Counted from the stretch's first letter, positions 40,441 to 55,069 are shown. The stretch is 64,000 nt of DNA from an uncultured delta proteobacterium (GCA_963808625.1 CAWEHK010000019.1:41245-105244); one strand, 5' to 3'. Numbers and translations: made by a program. Notes: generated by a model from the sequence alone, not told the origin.

Positions 40441-41510
40441 TGAATGGGAGTGAGATTCCCCTGCGTATGGAAGCGACCGGCGTAGCAGCAACCACGATTC
40501 CTCGATCCTACTGGCAGATGGTTTGGCATCATTTCAAGAAGAAGCACCTGGCCTTGGGCGGGCTCTGGATTTCACTCCTGCTGTTCCTGATGGCAATCTT
40601 CGCACCCCTGCTCGCAAACGGTCGCCCCCTTTTCTTTTCTCACCAGGGTCAGTGGTATTGGCCGGTCTTTTCCGGGATCGACGGAATCGGCCCTTACACC
40701 TGGAAGGACCTCAAAAAAAACAGCCCGTTTGTGTGGCAGGGAAATATCGAAGGCCGCGGCGATTGTGCGATCTGGCCTCCGGTGCCTTATTCGCCGACCG
40801 AGTACAACCTCCTGGAGAGTCTCGCCGGGCCCACCGGTCAGCATTGGCTGGGGACCGATGACAGCGGCCGCGACGTGTTGAGCCGCATGATCCACGGGTC
40901 GCGCGTTTCCCTTTCGGTCGGTTTTGTTGCGGTGGGGATCGCCCTCGTGATCGGCATTTTCCTGGGCGCGCTGGCCGGGTATTTTGGAGGCTGGGTCGAT
41001 CATGTGATCAGCAGGCTCATCGAGGTTCTCCTGACCATCCCGACGTTTTTCCTCATCATTGCGATTATCGCTTTTCTTCCGCAGAGCATCTACAATATCA
41101 TGGTAGTGATCGGTCTCACCGGATGGACCGGCATTGCGCGGTTTGTTCGCGCGGAATTCCTGAAGCTGAAACAGCTCGATTTTATCATGGCCTCCCGAGC
41201 GCTCGGCGCCTCCCATGCCCGCATCATCCTGCTTCACATGCTGCCCAACGCCATGGCCCCCGTCCTGGTTTCCGCCGTCTTCGGGATCGCCGGGGCCATC
41301 CTGACCGAATCCAGCCTCAGCTTTCTCGGGTTTGGCGTGCCGCCTCCGACTCCCAGCTGGGGGGACATTTTGTCACAAAGCCGGGATTACATCGAATTTG
41401 CATGGTGGCTGACGGTCTTTCCGGGCTTTGCGATTTTTCTCAGTATCACGGCGTACAATCTTGTCGGTGAAGGTCTCCGCGATGCCATGGACCCCAAACT
41501 GTTCGAATAG
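40437..41510 (+). CDS. Peptide/nickel ABC transporter permease (DppC/OppC-like)
   Basis: HWLGTD..GRDV.SR, ESSLSFLG.G, PSWG, GLRDAMDP. Confidence 0.92.
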   Translation: MMNGSEIPLRMEATGVAATTIPRSYWQMVWHHFKKKHLALGGLWISLLLFLMAIFAPLLANGRPLFFSHQGQWYWPVFSGIDGIGPYTWKDLKKNSPFVWQGNIEGRGDCAIWPPVPYSPTEYNLLESLAGPTGQHWLGTDDSGRDVLSRMIHGSRVSLSVGFVAVGIALVIGIFLGALAGYFGGWVDHVISRLIEVLLTIPTFFLIIAIIAFLPQSIYNIMVVIGLTGWTGIARFVRAEFLKLKQLDFIMASRALGASHARIILLHMLPNAMAPVLVSAVFGIAGAILTESSLSFLGFGVPPPTPSWGDILSQSRDYIEFAWWLTVFPGFAIFLSITAYNLVGEGLRDAMDPKLFE

Positions 41511-41533
41511 CGAGGAGCTCAACGATTAACCCC

Positions 41534-42910
41534 ATGCTGGTCCCCATCCCGCAACAGGAAACCGTAGTCTTTACGGTCAGTGAACTGAATACGCGCATCA
41601 AGGCGCTGCTCGAATCCAACTACCGGTTTGTGTGGGTGAAAGGGGAGATCTCCAACCTTCGCATCCCGGCCTCGGGCCATTACTATTTCACCTTGAAGGA
41701 TGAGCAGAGTCAGATCCGGGGGGTTCTTTTTCGCACGCAGCATCGGCATTTGCGATTCGTCCCGGAAGACGGGCTGCAGGTAATTTGCCAGGGTCGCATC
41801 AGCGTCTATGAACCCCGAGGTGAATATCAACTGATCGTGGAAATTATGGAACCCCAGGGGCGGGGGGCGCTGCAACTGGCTTTCGAACAGTTGAAGAAGA
41901 AACTCGAAGGGGAAGGCCTGTTTGATCCGGCGCGCAAGCTGCAGCTCCCGCTATGCCCACAATCGATAGCCGTCGTTACCTCACCCACCGGCGCAGCCAT
42001 TCGCGATATCATGAAGATTTTTCAGCGCAGTCCCTACCCCTTGACGGTTACGCTGCTGCCGGTTCGGGTTCAGGGCGAGGAGGCCGGCAGGGAAATTGCC
42101 GCTGCTGTCGCAACGGCGAACGCCCTCTTGCCTCAATTTGAGTGGGAGTTGATGATTGTCGGCAGAGGCGGCGGCAGCGTTGAGGATCTCTGGCCCTTCA
42201 ACGAGGAAACCGTCGCCAGGGCCATTGCCGCTTCCCGGATTCCCGTGATCTCGGCCGTAGGGCACGAAATTGACTTCACCATTTCCGATCTGGTCGCCGA
42301 TCTGCGGGCACCGACGCCAACGGCCGCCGCCGAGTGGGTGGTCTCCCGGCTTGAAACCCTGCAGAGAGAGCTTGCGAAGCACCGCGATCAGATGCTCAAA
42401 ACCACCATTCACAAAATCGATTATCAGAAGCAACGGCTCCACTTTCTGGACAGGCGCCTGGTGGACCCCAGGAGGCGGCTTCAGGATTTGCGGCTGTTCG
42501 TGGACGATCGTATGGAACGCCTGCAACGGGCTTTTGCCCGGATGGTCGAGCGGCTGAGAACGCACCATACCCATCTTTCAGGGCGCTTGCTGCTGGTTCA
42601 ACCAGGCAAGGCCGTGCAACAATATCAAAGCGCCCTGAATCAATTCCGGCGGGACCTCACCCTCAATTACGAGCGGCGGCTCGAGAATCTCCGGCTTCAA
42701 CTGCAGGAACATGCCTCTAAACTGGAGAGCCTGAGCCCTCTGGCGGTGCTCGCCCGGGGGTATGCCATTTGTTCCCGGTTACCCGACCGAACCATTATCA
42801 GGAAAGCTTCTGAGGTACGACCGGGTGAGGAAGTTTTGATTAAGCTTTCGCAGGGTTTCCTGGAATGCACGGTAAACAAATCCACAGAGGAGAATTCTCC
42901 ATCCAAATAA
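41534..42910 (+). CDS. xseA: Exodeoxyribonuclease VII large subunit
   Basis: GEISN, SGH.YFTLKD, TSPTGAAIRD, RGGGS.EDLW.FNEE, GHEID, APTPTAAAE. Confidence 0.96.
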   Translation: MLVPIPQQETVVFTVSELNTRIKALLESNYRFVWVKGEISNLRIPASGHYYFTLKDEQSQIRGVLFRTQHRHLRFVPEDGLQVICQGRISVYEPRGEYQLIVEIMEPQGRGALQLAFEQLKKKLEGEGLFDPARKLQLPLCPQSIAVVTSPTGAAIRDIMKIFQRSPYPLTVTLLPVRVQGEEAGREIAAAVATANALLPQFEWELMIVGRGGGSVEDLWPFNEETVARAIAASRIPVISAVGHEIDFTISDLVADLRAPTPTAAAEWVVSRLETLQRELAKHRDQMLKTTIHKIDYQKQRLHFLDRRLVDPRRRLQDLRLFVDDRMERLQRAFARMVERLRTHHTHLSGRLLLVQPGKAVQQYQSALNQFRRDLTLNYERRLENLRLQLQEHASKLESLSPLAVLARGYAICSRLPDRTIIRKASEVRPGEEVLIKLSQGFLECTVNKSTEENSPSK

Positions 42911-42919
42911 GACCGTCTT

Positions 42920-43005
42920 ATCCACGAATTCACACGAATGTACACGAAGCTATTTTTGGTCTGCTCTTTTTCTCATTTCGTGTTTCTTCGTGTCTATTCG
43001 TGGAT
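42920..43005. repeat. Inverted repeat with 10-bp periodic arms between xseA and xseB, no ORF
   Basis: ATCCACGAATTCACACGAATGTACACGAA ... TTCGTGTTTCTTCGTGTCTATTCGTGGAT. Confidence 0.75.
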
Positions 43006-43027
43006 TGTTTTTAAAAAAGGAATTGAC

Positions 43028-43288
43028 ATGAGCAAAAAGAAGAGCGAGCAGTTTGAAGATGCGGTAAAAAGGCTCCAGGCAATCGTGGAAAAGCTCGAGC
43101 GCGGAGATTTGCCCCTGGAACAGGCGATGGAGTCCTTCGCCGAGGGCATGCAGCTGGTCCAGCTCTGCCACCAAAAACTCGAGGAAGCAGAAAAAAAAGT
43201 GCAAATCCTTATGAAAGATCAACAGGGGGCCTGGTCGACTGCCCCTTTTGAGCCCCTCTCGAGGGACAATGCCGAAGAAGCTCCCTGA
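43028..43288 (+). CDS. xseB: Exodeoxyribonuclease VII small subunit
   Basis: FEDA..RL..IV.KLE.G.L.LE..M..F.EG..L...C..KL..AE; start after RBS AAAGGA. Confidence 0.95.
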   Translation: MSKKKSEQFEDAVKRLQAIVEKLERGDLPLEQAMESFAEGMQLVQLCHQKLEEAEKKVQILMKDQQGAWSTAPFEPLSRDNAEEAP

Positions 43289-43365
43289 GCAGGCAAATTT
43301 CTAAAAGTGTGGAAAGGCCTGAGCAGGCGTGTTACATTAAATACGATTGATTGCAGATTAGCTGA

Positions 43366-44280
43366 ATGGATTATTACGGGATGCCGGATTTCGATTTGAA
43401 GCGCTATCTGTCCGAGCGCAAACAGTTGGTCGACGAGGCCCTGGACAAGTATGCGCCGGCCCCGACGGGGTTGGAAAAAAGCGTATCGGAAGCCGCCCGT
43501 TACAGCCTCTTTGCCGGGGGAAAACGGCTTCGCCCCATTCTCTGTCTTGCTGCGGCCGACATTTTGAATGGCAGCAGGGAACTGGTCATGCCTGTCGCCT
43601 GCGCCTTTGAGATGGTCCACACCTATTCGCTCATCCATGATGATTTGCCGGCTATGGATAACGACGATTTCCGCCGGGGCCGCCCTACCAATCACAAGGT
43701 GTTTGGGGAAGCGATGGCGATCCTTGCCGGTGACGCCCTCTTGACGGAAGCGTTCAGTCTCATTGCCGGCGCCGCAGAACGGGCTCAAATAGCGGCGGAC
43801 AAGTTCGTCCGGGTCATTGGCGTGGTCGCCAGAGCTTCAGGATACCGAGGCATGGTCGGTGGCCAGGTAATCGACCTCGAGTCCGAGACGCGTGACGTGG
43901 ACCTGACCACAGTAGAATACATGCACCTTCGGAAAACCGGAGCGCTGATTTCAGCCTCTTTGGAAGCGGGCGCTATCCTTGGCGGTGGAGATGATCGCCA
44001 AGTCGGTTTTTTGACTCGCTACGGACATCATTTAGGGCTGGCATTCCAGATCACCGACGATCTTCTGGACGTCGAGGGAGACGCTCAGCTTATGGGAAAG
44101 ACCCCCGGTTCCGATGTTGCCAAAAACAAGAAGACCTATCCCGCGCTCCTCGGAATTCCCCAAAGCAGGAAAGCGGCACAAACCCATGTGCAGGAAGCTG
44201 TTGATGCGCTTGCCATTTTTGATGACAAGGCGGAACCGTTGCGCGCCATCGCCCGTTACCTTCTGGTGCGAAAAGCATGA
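43366..44280 (+). CDS. ispA: Polyprenyl synthetase (geranyltranstransferase)
   Basis: GGKRLRP, YSLIHDDLPAMD...RRG.PT.H, KTG, FQITDD.LD. Confidence 0.95.
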   Translation: MDYYGMPDFDLKRYLSERKQLVDEALDKYAPAPTGLEKSVSEAARYSLFAGGKRLRPILCLAAADILNGSRELVMPVACAFEMVHTYSLIHDDLPAMDNDDFRRGRPTNHKVFGEAMAILAGDALLTEAFSLIAGAAERAQIAADKFVRVIGVVARASGYRGMVGGQVIDLESETRDVDLTTVEYMHLRKTGALISASLEAGAILGGGDDRQVGFLTRYGHHLGLAFQITDDLLDVEGDAQLMGKTPGSDVAKNKKTYPALLGIPQSRKAAQTHVQEAVDALAIFDDKAEPLRAIARYLLVRKA

Positions 44281-44298
44281 TCTAGGAGAAATCAAAAC

Positions 44299-46245
44299 TT
44301 GAACGAGCAAGTCGGCAAAACCTTTCTTTCCCAAATCGATAACCCTTCACAACTGAAGCGCCTTTCGCTGGCGCAACTGCAGCAATTGGCCGGCGAAATC
44401 CGCGACATGATCATTCAAACGGTAGCTAAAAACGGCGGGCATCTCGCCCCCAATCTGGGAGTCGTAGAGCTCACCCTCGCTTTGCATTACGTTTTTGATG
44501 CTCCCTACGACAAGATTATCTGGGACGTCGGGCATCAGGCCTACACGCATAAAATCCTCACGGGCCGCCGTGAGCAATTCCACACCCTCCGTCAGTTCGA
44601 GGGGATCAGCGGTTTTCCCAAGCGCATCGAGAGCATCTATGACGCTTTCGGGACCGGTCACTCCGCGACCTCGATCTCTGCCGCTCTGGGCATTACCGTC
44701 GCGAACGCACTCAAAGGGAGTCCGCACCGCACCATTGCCGTTATTGGGGACGGCAGCATGACCGGAGGAATGGCTTTTGAGGCGCTCAACCATGCGGGCG
44801 ATCTCGACAAGAACCTGATTGTGGTGCTGAACGACAACGAGATGTCCATCTCTGCCAACGTCGGAGCATTATCGTCATTCCTGAGCCGGAAGCTCTCGAG
44901 CAAGACCATCATGCACCTGCGGCGGGAGCTCGAAAATTTCCTCAAGTCCGTTCCCGGCCTGGGTTCAAACATTTTGAAGCTCTTGCGGCGCAGTGAAGAC
45001 ATGCTGGTGGCACTTTTCACCCCCGGCATGCTCTTCCAGGCGCTTGACTTTCATTACATCGGCCCCATCAAGGGGCACCGTCTGGATCGCCTCATCGGTA
45101 CTTTTCAGAATGTGCGCCACCTGGAAGGACCGGTCCTGGTACATGTCCTGACTCAAAAAGGCAAAGGCTACGGTCCGGCCGAGAGCGATCCTGCCAGCTT
45201 TCATGGGGTGGGTTCATTTGAGATCAGCACGGGAAAAGGCTGCCGTCCGCCCGCCGGGACCCCGCTCTATCCCTCTTATACTCAGGTCTTTGGGGACACC
45301 GTGGTGCGACTCGCGGAACATGATCCCAGGGTCGTGGCCATTACCGCGGCCATGCCCCAGGGCACCGGCCTGGAACCCTTCTCTGCTCGTTTTCCGGACA
45401 GGTTCTTCGACGTCGGCATCGCGGAGCAGCACGCGATCACCTTCGCCGCCGGGCTTGCGGCTGAAGGCTACAAGCCGGTGGTGGCCGTGTACTCGACATT
45501 TCTTCAACGAGCCTACGATCAAATCGTTCACGATGTCTGCCTGCAGAACCTGCCCGTGGTTTTCGCCATGGACCGCGGCGGCCTGGTGGGAGATGACGGC
45601 CCGACCCACCACGGCGCCTTCGACCTCTCCTTCCTGCGCCATATTCCGAACATGGTGCTGATGGCCCCGAAGGATGAGAATGAACTGCAGCACATGCTGC
45701 AAACCGCACTCAATTGCCCTGGTCCCGCCGCCATTCGCTACCCTCGCGGAAATGGGATTGGGGTGGCGCTGGACCACGATTTGCGCAATCTGCCCATCGG
45801 CCGAGGTGAGCTCCTGCGGGAAGGGGAAGATGCTCTGCTGATCGCTATCGGCTCCACGGTCCGAGCGGCCATGGAGGCGGCCGAGCGCCTCGATCACGAG
45901 GGTATCCGGGTAACAGTAATAAATGCCAGGTTCGTGAAACCACTCGACGAAGATCTGATTCTCAAGTGGGCCAGGAAGATAGGCAGGGTCATCACGATCG
46001 AGGAAAACGTGCTCCAAGGCGGTTTTGGAAGTGCGGTCCTGGAGCTTTTCCAGGAGCAGGCTTTCTTTCCCCGCTCTTTGATCCGCCTTGGCCTGCCGGA
46101 TTCCTTCATCCCTCACGGCACCCAGGCCATCCTCAGAAACCTTTACGGCATCGACGCTGAGGGCATTGAGCTCGCCGTACACAGGCTATTGGAGACCGGC
46201 CATGGGCGGCTCCTTCGAGCGATTGGACAAACTGCTGGTCGATAA
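44299..46245 (+). CDS. dxs: 1-deoxy-D-xylulose-5-phosphate synthase
   Basis: [24 protein letters not shown]...EA.N, GIAEQHA, DG.THHG. Confidence 0.96.
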   Translation: MNEQVGKTFLSQIDNPSQLKRLSLAQLQQLAGEIRDMIIQTVAKNGGHLAPNLGVVELTLALHYVFDAPYDKIIWDVGHQAYTHKILTGRREQFHTLRQFEGISGFPKRIESIYDAFGTGHSATSISAALGITVANALKGSPHRTIAVIGDGSMTGGMAFEALNHAGDLDKNLIVVLNDNEMSISANVGALSSFLSRKLSSKTIMHLRRELENFLKSVPGLGSNILKLLRRSEDMLVALFTPGMLFQALDFHYIGPIKGHRLDRLIGTFQNVRHLEGPVLVHVLTQKGKGYGPAESDPASFHGVGSFEISTGKGCRPPAGTPLYPSYTQVFGDTVVRLAEHDPRVVAITAAMPQGTGLEPFSARFPDRFFDVGIAEQHAITFAAGLAAEGYKPVVAVYSTFLQRAYDQIVHDVCLQNLPVVFAMDRGGLVGDDGPTHHGAFDLSFLRHIPNMVLMAPKDENELQHMLQTALNCPGPAAIRYPRGNGIGVALDHDLRNLPIGRGELLREGEDALLIAIGSTVRAAMEAAERLDHEGIRVTVINARFVKPLDEDLILKWARKIGRVITIEENVLQGGFGSAVLELFQEQAFFPRSLIRLGLPDSFIPHGTQAILRNLYGIDAEGIELAVHRLLETGHGRLLRAIGQTAGR

Positions 46246-47066
46246 AGGGCTCAGTGTCAGCCGGGAACGAGCGCAGGCGCTGATTCTGGCTGCCAGGGTG
46301 CTGGTTGACGGGCAACGGGTCACGAAGGCAGGGCAAAAAGTCGCCGCGGAAAGCCGGCTCGAGGTGGTGGGTGAGGACCACCCGTTCGTTGGTCGCGGTG
46401 GTCTCAAGCTGCAGCATGCCCTCGAGGAATTCGGGCTCGATATCAGGGGCCTGGTGGCGATGGACGTGGGCGCCTCAACCGGCGGCTTTACCGACTGCCT
46501 GCTGCAATATGGTGCAAAGCGGGTCTATGCCGTCGATGTGGGCTACGGCCAACTGGCGTGGAAGATCAGGCAGGACCCCCGAGTAGTGGTCCTGGAACGC
46601 CAAAACATTCGCCACCTCGCGCAAGACCGAGTCCCGGAGCCCATTCAAATTGCCACGATAGATACCTCTTTCATTTCACTCAAGCTCGTCATTCCGGCAG
46701 TGATGCCATTTCTGGGCCGTGCTGCCGTGGAAAACATCAAAGACTACCGCCACCGCCAACAGGGATGCCTCCACTCAGTACTCAGCACTCAGCACTCATC
46801 ACTCCTCGTTACCTGATCCCATGCTCATCGCCCTCATCAAGCCGCAGTTCGAAGCGGGCCGCGTTCATGTGGGAAAGGGAGGAGTCGTCCGCGACCAGAA
46901 AGTCCACCAGGCGGTCTGCGATTCCCTTGCAGAATTTTGCCGATCATGCGGTCTCCATGTCAGAGGGATCATCCCTTCTCCCATTCTCGGTCCCAAAGGC
47001 AACGTGGAATTTCTCCTGTTTGCCACCTGGAGCAGCCCCGCCAACCCCTCCGATCGTCCTCGTTGA
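46202..47066 (+). CDS. tlyA: TlyA family rRNA methyltransferase (frameshift and repeat insertion near 46720-46810)
   Basis: [48 protein letters not shown]. Confidence 0.92.
46772..46804. repeat. Heptamer tandem repeat (CACTCAG)n inside tlyA
   Basis: CACTCAG TACTCAG CACTCAG CACTCAT CACTC. Confidence 0.75.
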
Positions 47067-47537
47067 TGCGACTCCACCTTGTATTCATCGGGAAAACCAC
47101 CTTCCCTGAGCTCGAAACCGGCATCAATCGTTATCTTGACCGGCTGCGTTCTTATGTTCCAACGCAAATACATCTTGTTAAAGCGGAAAAGATCCCTCCC
47201 AAAGGCACCGAGGATGCGGTTAAGGACAAAGAAGCCGAGCGCGTTCTGAAGCTCCTCGGGAAAAAAGACTGCCTCGGCATCTGGGACCAGCACGGAAAGG
47301 ATGTGGATTCGACGGGCTTTCGCGAAATTTCTGGACGATCTCCGGAACAGCGGGGTTTCGGATGTGTGGATGGTGATTGGCGGGCCTCTCGGAGTTTCGC
47401 CGCGGCTTTTGGCGCGCGCAGACTTTGTCTTTTCCCTCTCCCGCATGACTTTTCCCCACGACCTCGCCCGCCTGATGGTCATGGAGCAGATTTATCGCGC
47501 TTTCACCATTCTGAGAGGGGAACCCTATCACAAATAA
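47066..47537 (+). CDS. rlmH: 23S rRNA pseudouridine-1915 N3-methyltransferase (frameshift near 47320)
   Basis: [10 protein letters not shown]...; IGGP.G, SLS.MTFPH.LAR....EQIYRA.TI..G.PYH. Confidence 0.93.
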
Positions 47538-47561
47538 AAACGACGAAAGAGGTCCTTGAAA

Positions 47562-47780
47562 TCAGACGGCAAGCACCTCGGTGACGGCCGGCACTTCTTC
47601 CTTGATGATCCGCTCGATACCCGACTTCAAGGTCATCTGGCTCATCGGGCATCCATGACAAGCGCCGGTCAAACGCACCTTCACCACGGAACCCTCTACA
47701 TCCACCAACTCCACATTGCCGCCGTCCCGCTGCAGCATCGGTCTGATTTTTTCCAACGCCTTCTCAACCTGTTCACGCAT
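47562..47780 (-). CDS. NifU-family (Nfu) Fe-S cluster carrier
   Basis: IRP.LQ.DGGNVELV, GACHGCPMS..TLK.GIE. Confidence 0.93.
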   Translation of the reverse strand: MREQVEKALEKIRPMLQRDGGNVELVDVEGSVVKVRLTGACHGCPMSQMTLKSGIERIIKEEVPAVTEVLAV

Positions 47781-48045
47781 CTTGATCTCCTCCCAATGAT
47801 TTAGTGTAAAGCTGGTATAATCAGTAGCCGACGCAAAAGCAACGAAAAGAAGAAAAAAGCGGGCTGGAAAGTGTGGCATCAGGGTCTCGCCGGTCGTGGC
47901 CTGCTTCCTTATTCGAATTGGAAAATGAGTGGTTTTGAGTAGTTAGATTGAAATGGCATTGATTTTTCCGACGCTTTTCTCTAGGATGAAGGCATTGATC
48001 CGGGTTTGAACGCATGACGGCAATCTGTTGGAGGAGAGAAGACCT

Positions 48046-48580
48046 ATGGACAGCTACCGATTGGTCCCGTGTATCTCGGCAGAAGAAGTGGCCAAGCAGG
48101 TCAACGACCTGGCGGCGCGCATAAACCGGGATTATGAGGGGAAGAGCCTCATTGTGATTGGGATCCTGAAGGGGGCCTGCATCTTCCTGAGCGATTTGGT
48201 CCGGCGCCTTTCGATGCCGGTCGAAATTGACTTTGTGCGCCTGGCAAGCTACGGCAAGGGGTCGGTAACGAGCGGCGAGATCAAGATTACCAAGGATGTT
48301 GAACTGCCCATCGCCGGTCGCCATGTGCTCGTCGTCGAGGACATCGTCGACACCGGTACCACCCTGATCTGGTTCCTCGATTATCTCCGAGCAGCGGCAG
48401 CCGGAATCCGTGAAGATCTGTGCCCTGGTCGACAAATTGGAGAGGCGTGAAGTTGAAGTACCGCTTGACTATGTGGGAATTCGCGTGGACAAAGGTTTTC
48501 TTGTCGGCTATGGTCTGGATTTTGGGGAAAAGCACCGCAATCTGCCCGCGATTCATGAAGTCGAATTTTTGAAAGAATAA
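48046..48580 (+). CDS. hpt: Hypoxanthine phosphoribosyltransferase (frameshift near 48395)
   Basis: ILKGA..F..DL, ASYG, VEDIVDTG.TL; FLVGYGLD in the next frame. Confidence 0.93.
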
Positions 48581-48582
48581 CA

Positions 48583-49334
48583 ATGATTGTCACCTGTGAA
48601 GCATGCGATACCAAATTCAGTCTCGATCCTGCCCGGCTAAGAGGGCCCAGGAGCAAGGTCCGGTGTACCCGTTGCGGACACATCTTCAGTCTGGTTCAGG
48701 AAGAAGAAGACGTGTTGGACATTGACGTTGCTGAGGACATGGGGCTCACGGCAGAAGAACCCACCCTCGCGTCTCCCTCGCTCAAACCCGCGAGGTCCTG
48801 CCGGGTTCCAACAGGGCCACCCGAAGCGAAAACTGCTCATCTGGCTGGCGCTTGTCCTCGCTTTCAGCGCCGGGCTGCTCGGAGTCGCCAGCTACCTGAC
48901 TTCAGACTCTCAAGTCAAGCCCCCGCCAGGGACCGCTGATGCGCCATCGGTAAAAGTCCTCGACACAATCCAGGGTTTCTTTTGGGAGAATGCTCACGCC
49001 GGCCAGATCTTTGTGGTGGAGGGTGAGGTTGAAAATCAATCGGCAAAACCGGTCAGTTTTATCCTCGTTGAGGGAAAGCTCTTCAACACTACCAACCGCG
49101 TGGCCATCACCCAGAGGTGTTATGTGGGAAACGCCATGAGCCGTGACGAGCTCGGTCGCCTCAATATGACCGAGATCCAGAACCGGATGATGAACCGTGA
49201 GGGAAAAAGCCTTCGCCAACGTTAAGATACCGCCCGGAAAACGGGTTCCGTTTGTGTTGGTTTTTCACAACCTGCCGGAGTTAAAGGCTTTGAGTGATTA
49301 CAGTGTGGAGGTCATCAGTTCAAAATCGGATTGA
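48583..49334 (+). CDS. Zinc-ribbon (MJ0042-type) / DUF3426-like membrane protein (frameshifted)
   Basis: MIVTCEAC.TKF...KVRCTRC.H.F, TM helix, G.IFVV.G.V.N, I.PG..VPF..VF. Confidence 0.75.
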
Positions 49335-49453
49335 AATCTTTGGGGCGTGAAATCACCGAGCATCTTACCGGTTCCGCCGCAAAGCTCAGGGCGAACCCTC
49401 GTGGGCCGCTTTCCCCGGTATGAATGGCCAACCTATTGAAGTGACAAAAAGAA

Positions 49454-49483
49454 TTGACAAGCTTTCGCGTTCGATGTTACAAG
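49454..49483 (+). promoter_or_regulatory. Candidate sigma70 promoter for serS
   Basis: TTGACA-N18-TACAAG with TG extended -10. Confidence 0.35.
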
Positions 49484-49517
49484 ACGCTAATCTCAACTTC
49501 TTGAAAGCATTAGATAA

Positions 49518-50837
<1,320 letters not shown>

Positions 50838-50869
50838 CAGGTCTTTCCAACTGAAAAGGAGCTTCAGTC

Positions 50870-51163
50870 ATGACCAAGAGTGAGCTCATCGAAGCACTGG
50901 CAAAAGCTGAAGGCATCACCTTGAAGGCTGCCGAAACCGCAGTAAATGTGGCTTTTCAGAGCATGGAACAAGCGCTCATCAAGTCAGATCGGCTGGAAAT
51001 ACGCGGTTTTGGAAGCTTTAAGGTCAAGAACTACGATGGCTACCGGGGAAGAAATCCCAAAACCGGAGACATCATCGAAGTGAATTCAAAGAAGCTGCCC
51101 TTTTTCAAGGTCGGGAAGGAACTGAAAGAGAGAGTAAATGATCTGCCCCCAGACGAAGAGTAG
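50870..51163 (+). CDS. ihfB: Integration host factor beta / HU family protein
   Basis: MTKSELI, EIRGFGSF, GRNPKTG, PFFK.GKELKERV. Confidence 0.88.
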   Translation: MTKSELIEALAKAEGITLKAAETAVNVAFQSMEQALIKSDRLEIRGFGSFKVKNYDGYRGRNPKTGDIIEVNSKKLPFFKVGKELKERVNDLPPDEE

Positions 51164-51202
51164 CATGCATAGGCAAAACCGTTACGCCGCAGCCTTTTGA
51201 GT

Positions 51203-51478
51203 TCAGTCTTGACGCACAAATAAGAAATAGAGGTTTACCACGGCCAGGACGACACAACCGCCGATGAATTCAAGGAGGCTATCGAGGGGGATCGTCCGGT
51301 TGGAAGGCGGAAATGTGACTTGCAGCAGATAAGCAAGAGCGGCAAGCGAAAGAATAAAAATTATCGTTCTCAACCGCTTTCTGTAGACCAGGTATCCGAA
51401 GATAGGCAAACCGATCAGCCACACAAAGGGGTTCCGGAGCACCGCCTCCCATTTAAGATCAGCAAGCAATTGCGCCAT
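51203..51478 (-). CDS. Small hypothetical membrane protein
   Basis: 91 aa, three hydrophobic segments. Confidence 0.6.
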   Translation of the reverse strand: MAQLLADLKWEAVLRNPFVWLIGLPIFGYLVYRKRLRTIIFILSLAALAYLLQVTFPPSNRTIPLDSLLEFIGGCVVLAVVNLYFLFVRQD

Positions 51479-51550
51479 CTTACGAGAATCATAAGTAACG
51501 AGAAAATTGATCAGCGCTTCCCAAATTTTCTTTCGCCTGTTCCACGACGT

Positions 51551-51835
51551 TTACCTTCCGTAAGTAATGACAAAGCGATCGAAGGCCCCTTCATAAGCCT
51601 CTTCCTTCACTTCGACCTCGTCGACAAAGCCATAAGGACTGCCTCGCCGACACCATGCTATCATCCGTTCAACCCTGTCCGCATCCCCCTCGAAGAGCGC
51701 TTCCACACTCCCGTCCCGGAGATTCCTCACCCACCCGGTGACCCCTTCACTGATCGCAGCATCGCGGGCAAACGCTCGAAAGCAGACCCCCTGGACCATG
51801 CCTCTTATCCGTACCCGAATGCGCTTTTTTTGCAT
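51551..51835 (-). CDS. acyP: Acylphosphatase
   Basis: G.VQGV.FR, GWVRN..DGSVE, GSP. Confidence 0.93.
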   Translation of the reverse strand: MQKKRIRVRIRGMVQGVCFRAFARDAAISEGVTGWVRNLRDGSVEALFEGDADRVERMIAWCRRGSPYGFVDEVEVKEEAYEGAFDRFVITYGR

Positions 51836-51910
51836 CGCGGCCTCGCCTGATTCCAGCGTCCCATGAGCGACTGAGTACACCTCCGCACAATAGTCACCTT
51901 AATCCCAACG

Positions 51911-51975
51911 CGTCATTCCGGTGAAAACCGGAATCCAGAAAACCTGCCTGGATAAAGGCTTTCGCCGGTATGACG
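51911..51975. repeat. REP-like palindrome (GTCATTCC family)
   Basis: CGTCATTCCGGTGAAAACCGGAATCCAG ... TTTCGCCGGTATGACG. Confidence 0.7.
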
Positions 51976-52052
51976 ATCAGATTCGGGAGCCTTATTGATC
52001 GGGAGCGTTACGGAGATGTCTCTCCACACTCGTTCACCATATCTGGCAGCAA

Positions 52053-54251
<2,199 letters not shown>

Positions 54252-54328
54252 TCAGAGGGTGTCTAAAAACCCTCAACAAGTGCCTTTGTGATAGGTACCG
54301 TGACGCTCCAAAAGTCCAAAATCGTCTC

Positions 54329-55069
54329 CTAACCCAGGGAAGCGACGGCCTTCAAGACTGATTTTGCCAATTCGGCCCGCGTCCGGATGAAGCCACGCTC
54401 CCTGAAACCATGGACCCATGTCAGCGAAGAAAGATCGTCGGAAACCACCAGGGCAGCAGCTATAAGGATACCACGAAAAGCAGCGACGGTGAACAACGCG
54501 GAGGTTTCCATCTCCACCGCGAGGACCCCCGCCTGTTGGAAGGTTGACACCTTTTCGACCGTCTCCCGGAAAGGAGCATCCATGCTCCACACCGTCCCTT
54601 CATGGACCCTCATCAACCCTGCCGGTAATAACTCTTTGAGCGCATCGAGCAGCTTTCGGGAGGGTCCGGGCTGAGGATGTGAGATCGGGTAGTGAGGCGA
54701 CGTTCCCTCTTCGGAATAGGCGCCGGTTGGCAACACGAGGTCACCGATCCTGACATGGGGCTGCAGCGAACCGCACCATCCCACCGCCATGACCTCGGTA
54801 ACTCCCAACGCGATGAGCTTTTCCAGCACCAGCACCGTCTGGGGAGCCCCCAGCATGGGGCCCACCAACGCCACGGGCACACCCTGATGCGGCCCGACAA
54901 AAACTTCCGAGAGATAAATTCGATACGGCAGTTTGCTAAGCAGGGGGGAATGTTGCAGGAACAGCTCCATATCCTGCGGGGTGAACAGGAGGATGGCCAG
55001 AGAAGGCAAAGCCTCCTCACGCTTTCCTTTGCGCGGTTGGATTATCGCCTGATTCTCGCCAATCGCCAT
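54329..55069 (-). CDS. Nucleoside phosphorylase (PNP/UDP family)
   Basis: GAP.....LE.L, G.CGSL, EGTS.HY, DAPFRET, VEMETSA, VSD. Confidence 0.88.
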   Translation of the reverse strand: MAIGENQAIIQPRKGKREEALPSLAILLFTPQDMELFLQHSPLLSKLPYRIYLSEVFVGPHQGVPVALVGPMLGAPQTVLVLEKLIALGVTEVMAVGWCGSLQPHVRIGDLVLPTGAYSEEGTSPHYPISHPQPGPSRKLLDALKELLPAGLMRVHEGTVWSMDAPFRETVEKVSTFQQAGVLAVEMETSALFTVAAFRGILIAAALVVSDDLSSLTWVHGFRERGFIRTRAELAKSVLKAVASLG

